Below, piece by piece: positions 62,364-64,000 of a stretch of 64,000 nt of DNA; within the stretch, counting starts at the first letter, position 1; each line of letters starts with the position of its first letter. Made by a program: the position numbers and the translations under genes. Source of the DNA: Dimorphilus gyrociliatus (lineage: Eukaryota; Animalia; Annelida). Under the pieces are notes generated by a model. It worked only from the letters and a program-made list of their open reading frames with translations. It ran no database searches and was not told the DNA's origin. The DNA is taken from NCBI GenBank assembly GCA_904063045.1, contig CAJFCJ010000007.1, positions 3,293,404 to 3,357,403 of the forward strand. Direction: 5' to 3'.

Positions 62364-64000
62364 TTCGTTGCCCCCGAAGGCATCTGTTGCAGTCGGCCGT
62401 GCTGTGGCTCCATCTGTCATAATCGGCGCATTCCGTAGAATAATCTCATCCGTTTCGTGTCCCGCGGGAGGCAACGTTTTTAGGCAAAGGCGTCCTACTA
62501 TTAATTAGGAACCGTCGAGTTGACCACGCGTCTAACGCGATGAAGGCGTGAGCAATTCAGGCGTCACTTTGGCTAAATTAGCCGAAATATTATATTTAAC
62601 CAGCACTAATATTATTACACAGTGCACTATTTTACTGCTATCTATCGAAGTGTGTATGCCACTGTATGCAAGTGTATATTTATATAAATATATATATATA
62701 CCGGTATATTTTTTGAGATGCATGCACGCATGCATGCGTTGGCTTGGCGTGGAGATCGTGAACAAATAGCGCGCCGAAAAAATTTGCATATGAACCGACG
62801 CCCCGTCGAGATCGGCTTCAAACAGCCTCGTGATTAACTTGAGGTCACGCCGCTGACCTGAATAATTCCCGCCATTTGTTCTGTCCATCCGACCTCTAGG
62901 CGACCTTCTCGCGCGCTTTTCCTATCGTCTCATTTTCCGTTTCCCCACCTCTTCATCACTCTGATTTTCTTAATCTTTAATTGATTATCTCCCAATAAGA
63001 CAGACAATCGATATATTTTCTGACACCACTTTCTTACCCTCTCTATCTCTATCTCTTTTCGCCTCTTTCCACCATTTTTGCTAATCAACAAATTTTAAGG
63101 AGTATCCTATTGGCCAGCGCAGTAAGCATCATATTGTACAAAAACGCCTATCACACCCCACCCACCCCATTTCCATTACGCGTTAGCCGAGCAGTTCCAG
63201 AAAGAGAAAAATAAAGTATCTAATGTGTTTTATTTAAAAAAATGTGCCCGCCAAAAAACGATTACGGTAATTATAAACCGTTTTGACGGTGCTGCCGCCC
63301 TTCTTTAGTTAAAATCCTTAGGCCTAAGAGTAAAAGGGATAGAGTGAGAGAGAGTGGGGGGGAGGGGGAGGTCGGTGAGTGTTCAGTTTTAAAGGTAGAA
63401 AAGAGTAGAACATAGAGAGAGAGAGAGAGAGAGAAAAAGAAGAAAAAGAGAAAAAAAAGTAATTTAAATACGCGACAAAAGCGTTGCCAATTAAAAGAGT
63501 CTCGAGTCGTGCTTGAACAAAGAAAGAAAGCGCTTGAGAAAACAGAGGCCGTCGCAATGGCCTAACCGATCGCATTTCCTGCGCTTCGAAAAATTATTTG
63601 AACGGCTTTTGTATATACACAATCAAAAAAGGGTGGAAGGCGGATTTTTTTTGAAGAAGAAGAAAGGGAAAAAATTAGGAGGGGTTTACCAAAATGGGGA
63701 AGTTAAGAGATAGAAAGATATATTTATATATTTACATTCATGAAAGAATGGTATTGTACATTGTATAGAAAGGGGAGGAGGAGGAAACAGAGAGAAAAAG
63801 GAGAACGAGATGGTAATAAAAAAAGGATGTGAGGGAAAGAGAATACGCGTATTTTCCGTTTAGTGTCTAGGAAAGAAAGGAGAATGAAAAGGTAAAAGAA
63901 TTGCAGCTAATTAGCGAGCTTGACCGTTGGCTAGTTGAACCGTCGTCTTTTGTCTACTCGTAATTTCGCTAATGGGGAGGCTCGGCGTGAAGCCCTTTTC

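Larger units (their letters stand above)
42770..64000. promoter_or_regulatory. Gene-poor region of motif-dense CpG-rich islands (putative enhancer landscape)
   Basis: No recognisable coding exon. About 30 islands alternate with (TA)n and polypurine tracts and carry recurrent GGCGTC/GACGCC, GCCGTC, TAATTG/TAATTA and CGGTCA motifs. Confidence 0.65.

Noticed and set aside
1-64000. Prokaryotic-type systems (CRISPR, defence operons, phage), rRNA, tRNA, intact transposase or reverse transcriptase
   Set aside because: The window is intron-containing animal DNA. No spaced direct repeats, tRNA A/B boxes, rRNA signatures or transposase/RT motifs were seen.
42000-64000. Dozens of 60-177 aa ORFs in the track (YIYIYI, SLSLSL, FFFF, RERK-rich)
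   Set aside because: They are translations of (TA)n, (GA)n and (GAA)n tracts with no consistent splice-phase chain or domain.
42000-64000. Hox/homeobox or conserved miRNA cluster as the explanation for the desert
   Set aside because: No WFQNRR-type coding sequence and no full match to the conserved mature miRNAs I could recall. A formal Rfam/MirGeneDB search is still warranted.

Overview
AT-rich, compact animal genomic DNA with short canonical GT-AG introns (mostly about 55-90 nt). The gene set and compaction suggest a small-genome lophotrochozoan such as the annelid Dimorphilus; this is inference, not confirmed. Bases 1-41.7 kb are gene-dense, with 12 hand-assembled spliced genes: a secreted CASPR-type fibrinogen-like protein (partial), rotatin, a CCR4/Angel/PDE12-family EEP hydrolase with a large chromatin-like N-terminus, two orphan single-pass membrane proteins, a claudin/PMP22-like protein, TRUB2, cordon-bleu, an nAChR alpha-type subunit, PSMD7, a coiled-coil protein and rapsyn. 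Bases 42-64 kb contain no recognisable coding exon. They consist of CpG-rich islands of about 150-500 bp separated by (TA)n and polypurine tracts and dense in GRCGNC (Mad/Smad1-type), homeodomain, YY1/PHO and CTCF-like motifs, which looks like a developmental regulatory landscape. No rRNA, tRNA, CRISPR array or intact mobile element was recognised. The best leads are the AT-hook-bearing EEP enzyme, the motif grammar of the gene desert, a TRUB2 lacking catalytic residues, and an nAChR lacking most of the acetylcholine aromatic box and lying 6 kb from rapsyn. All motif counts are by eye and are minimums.
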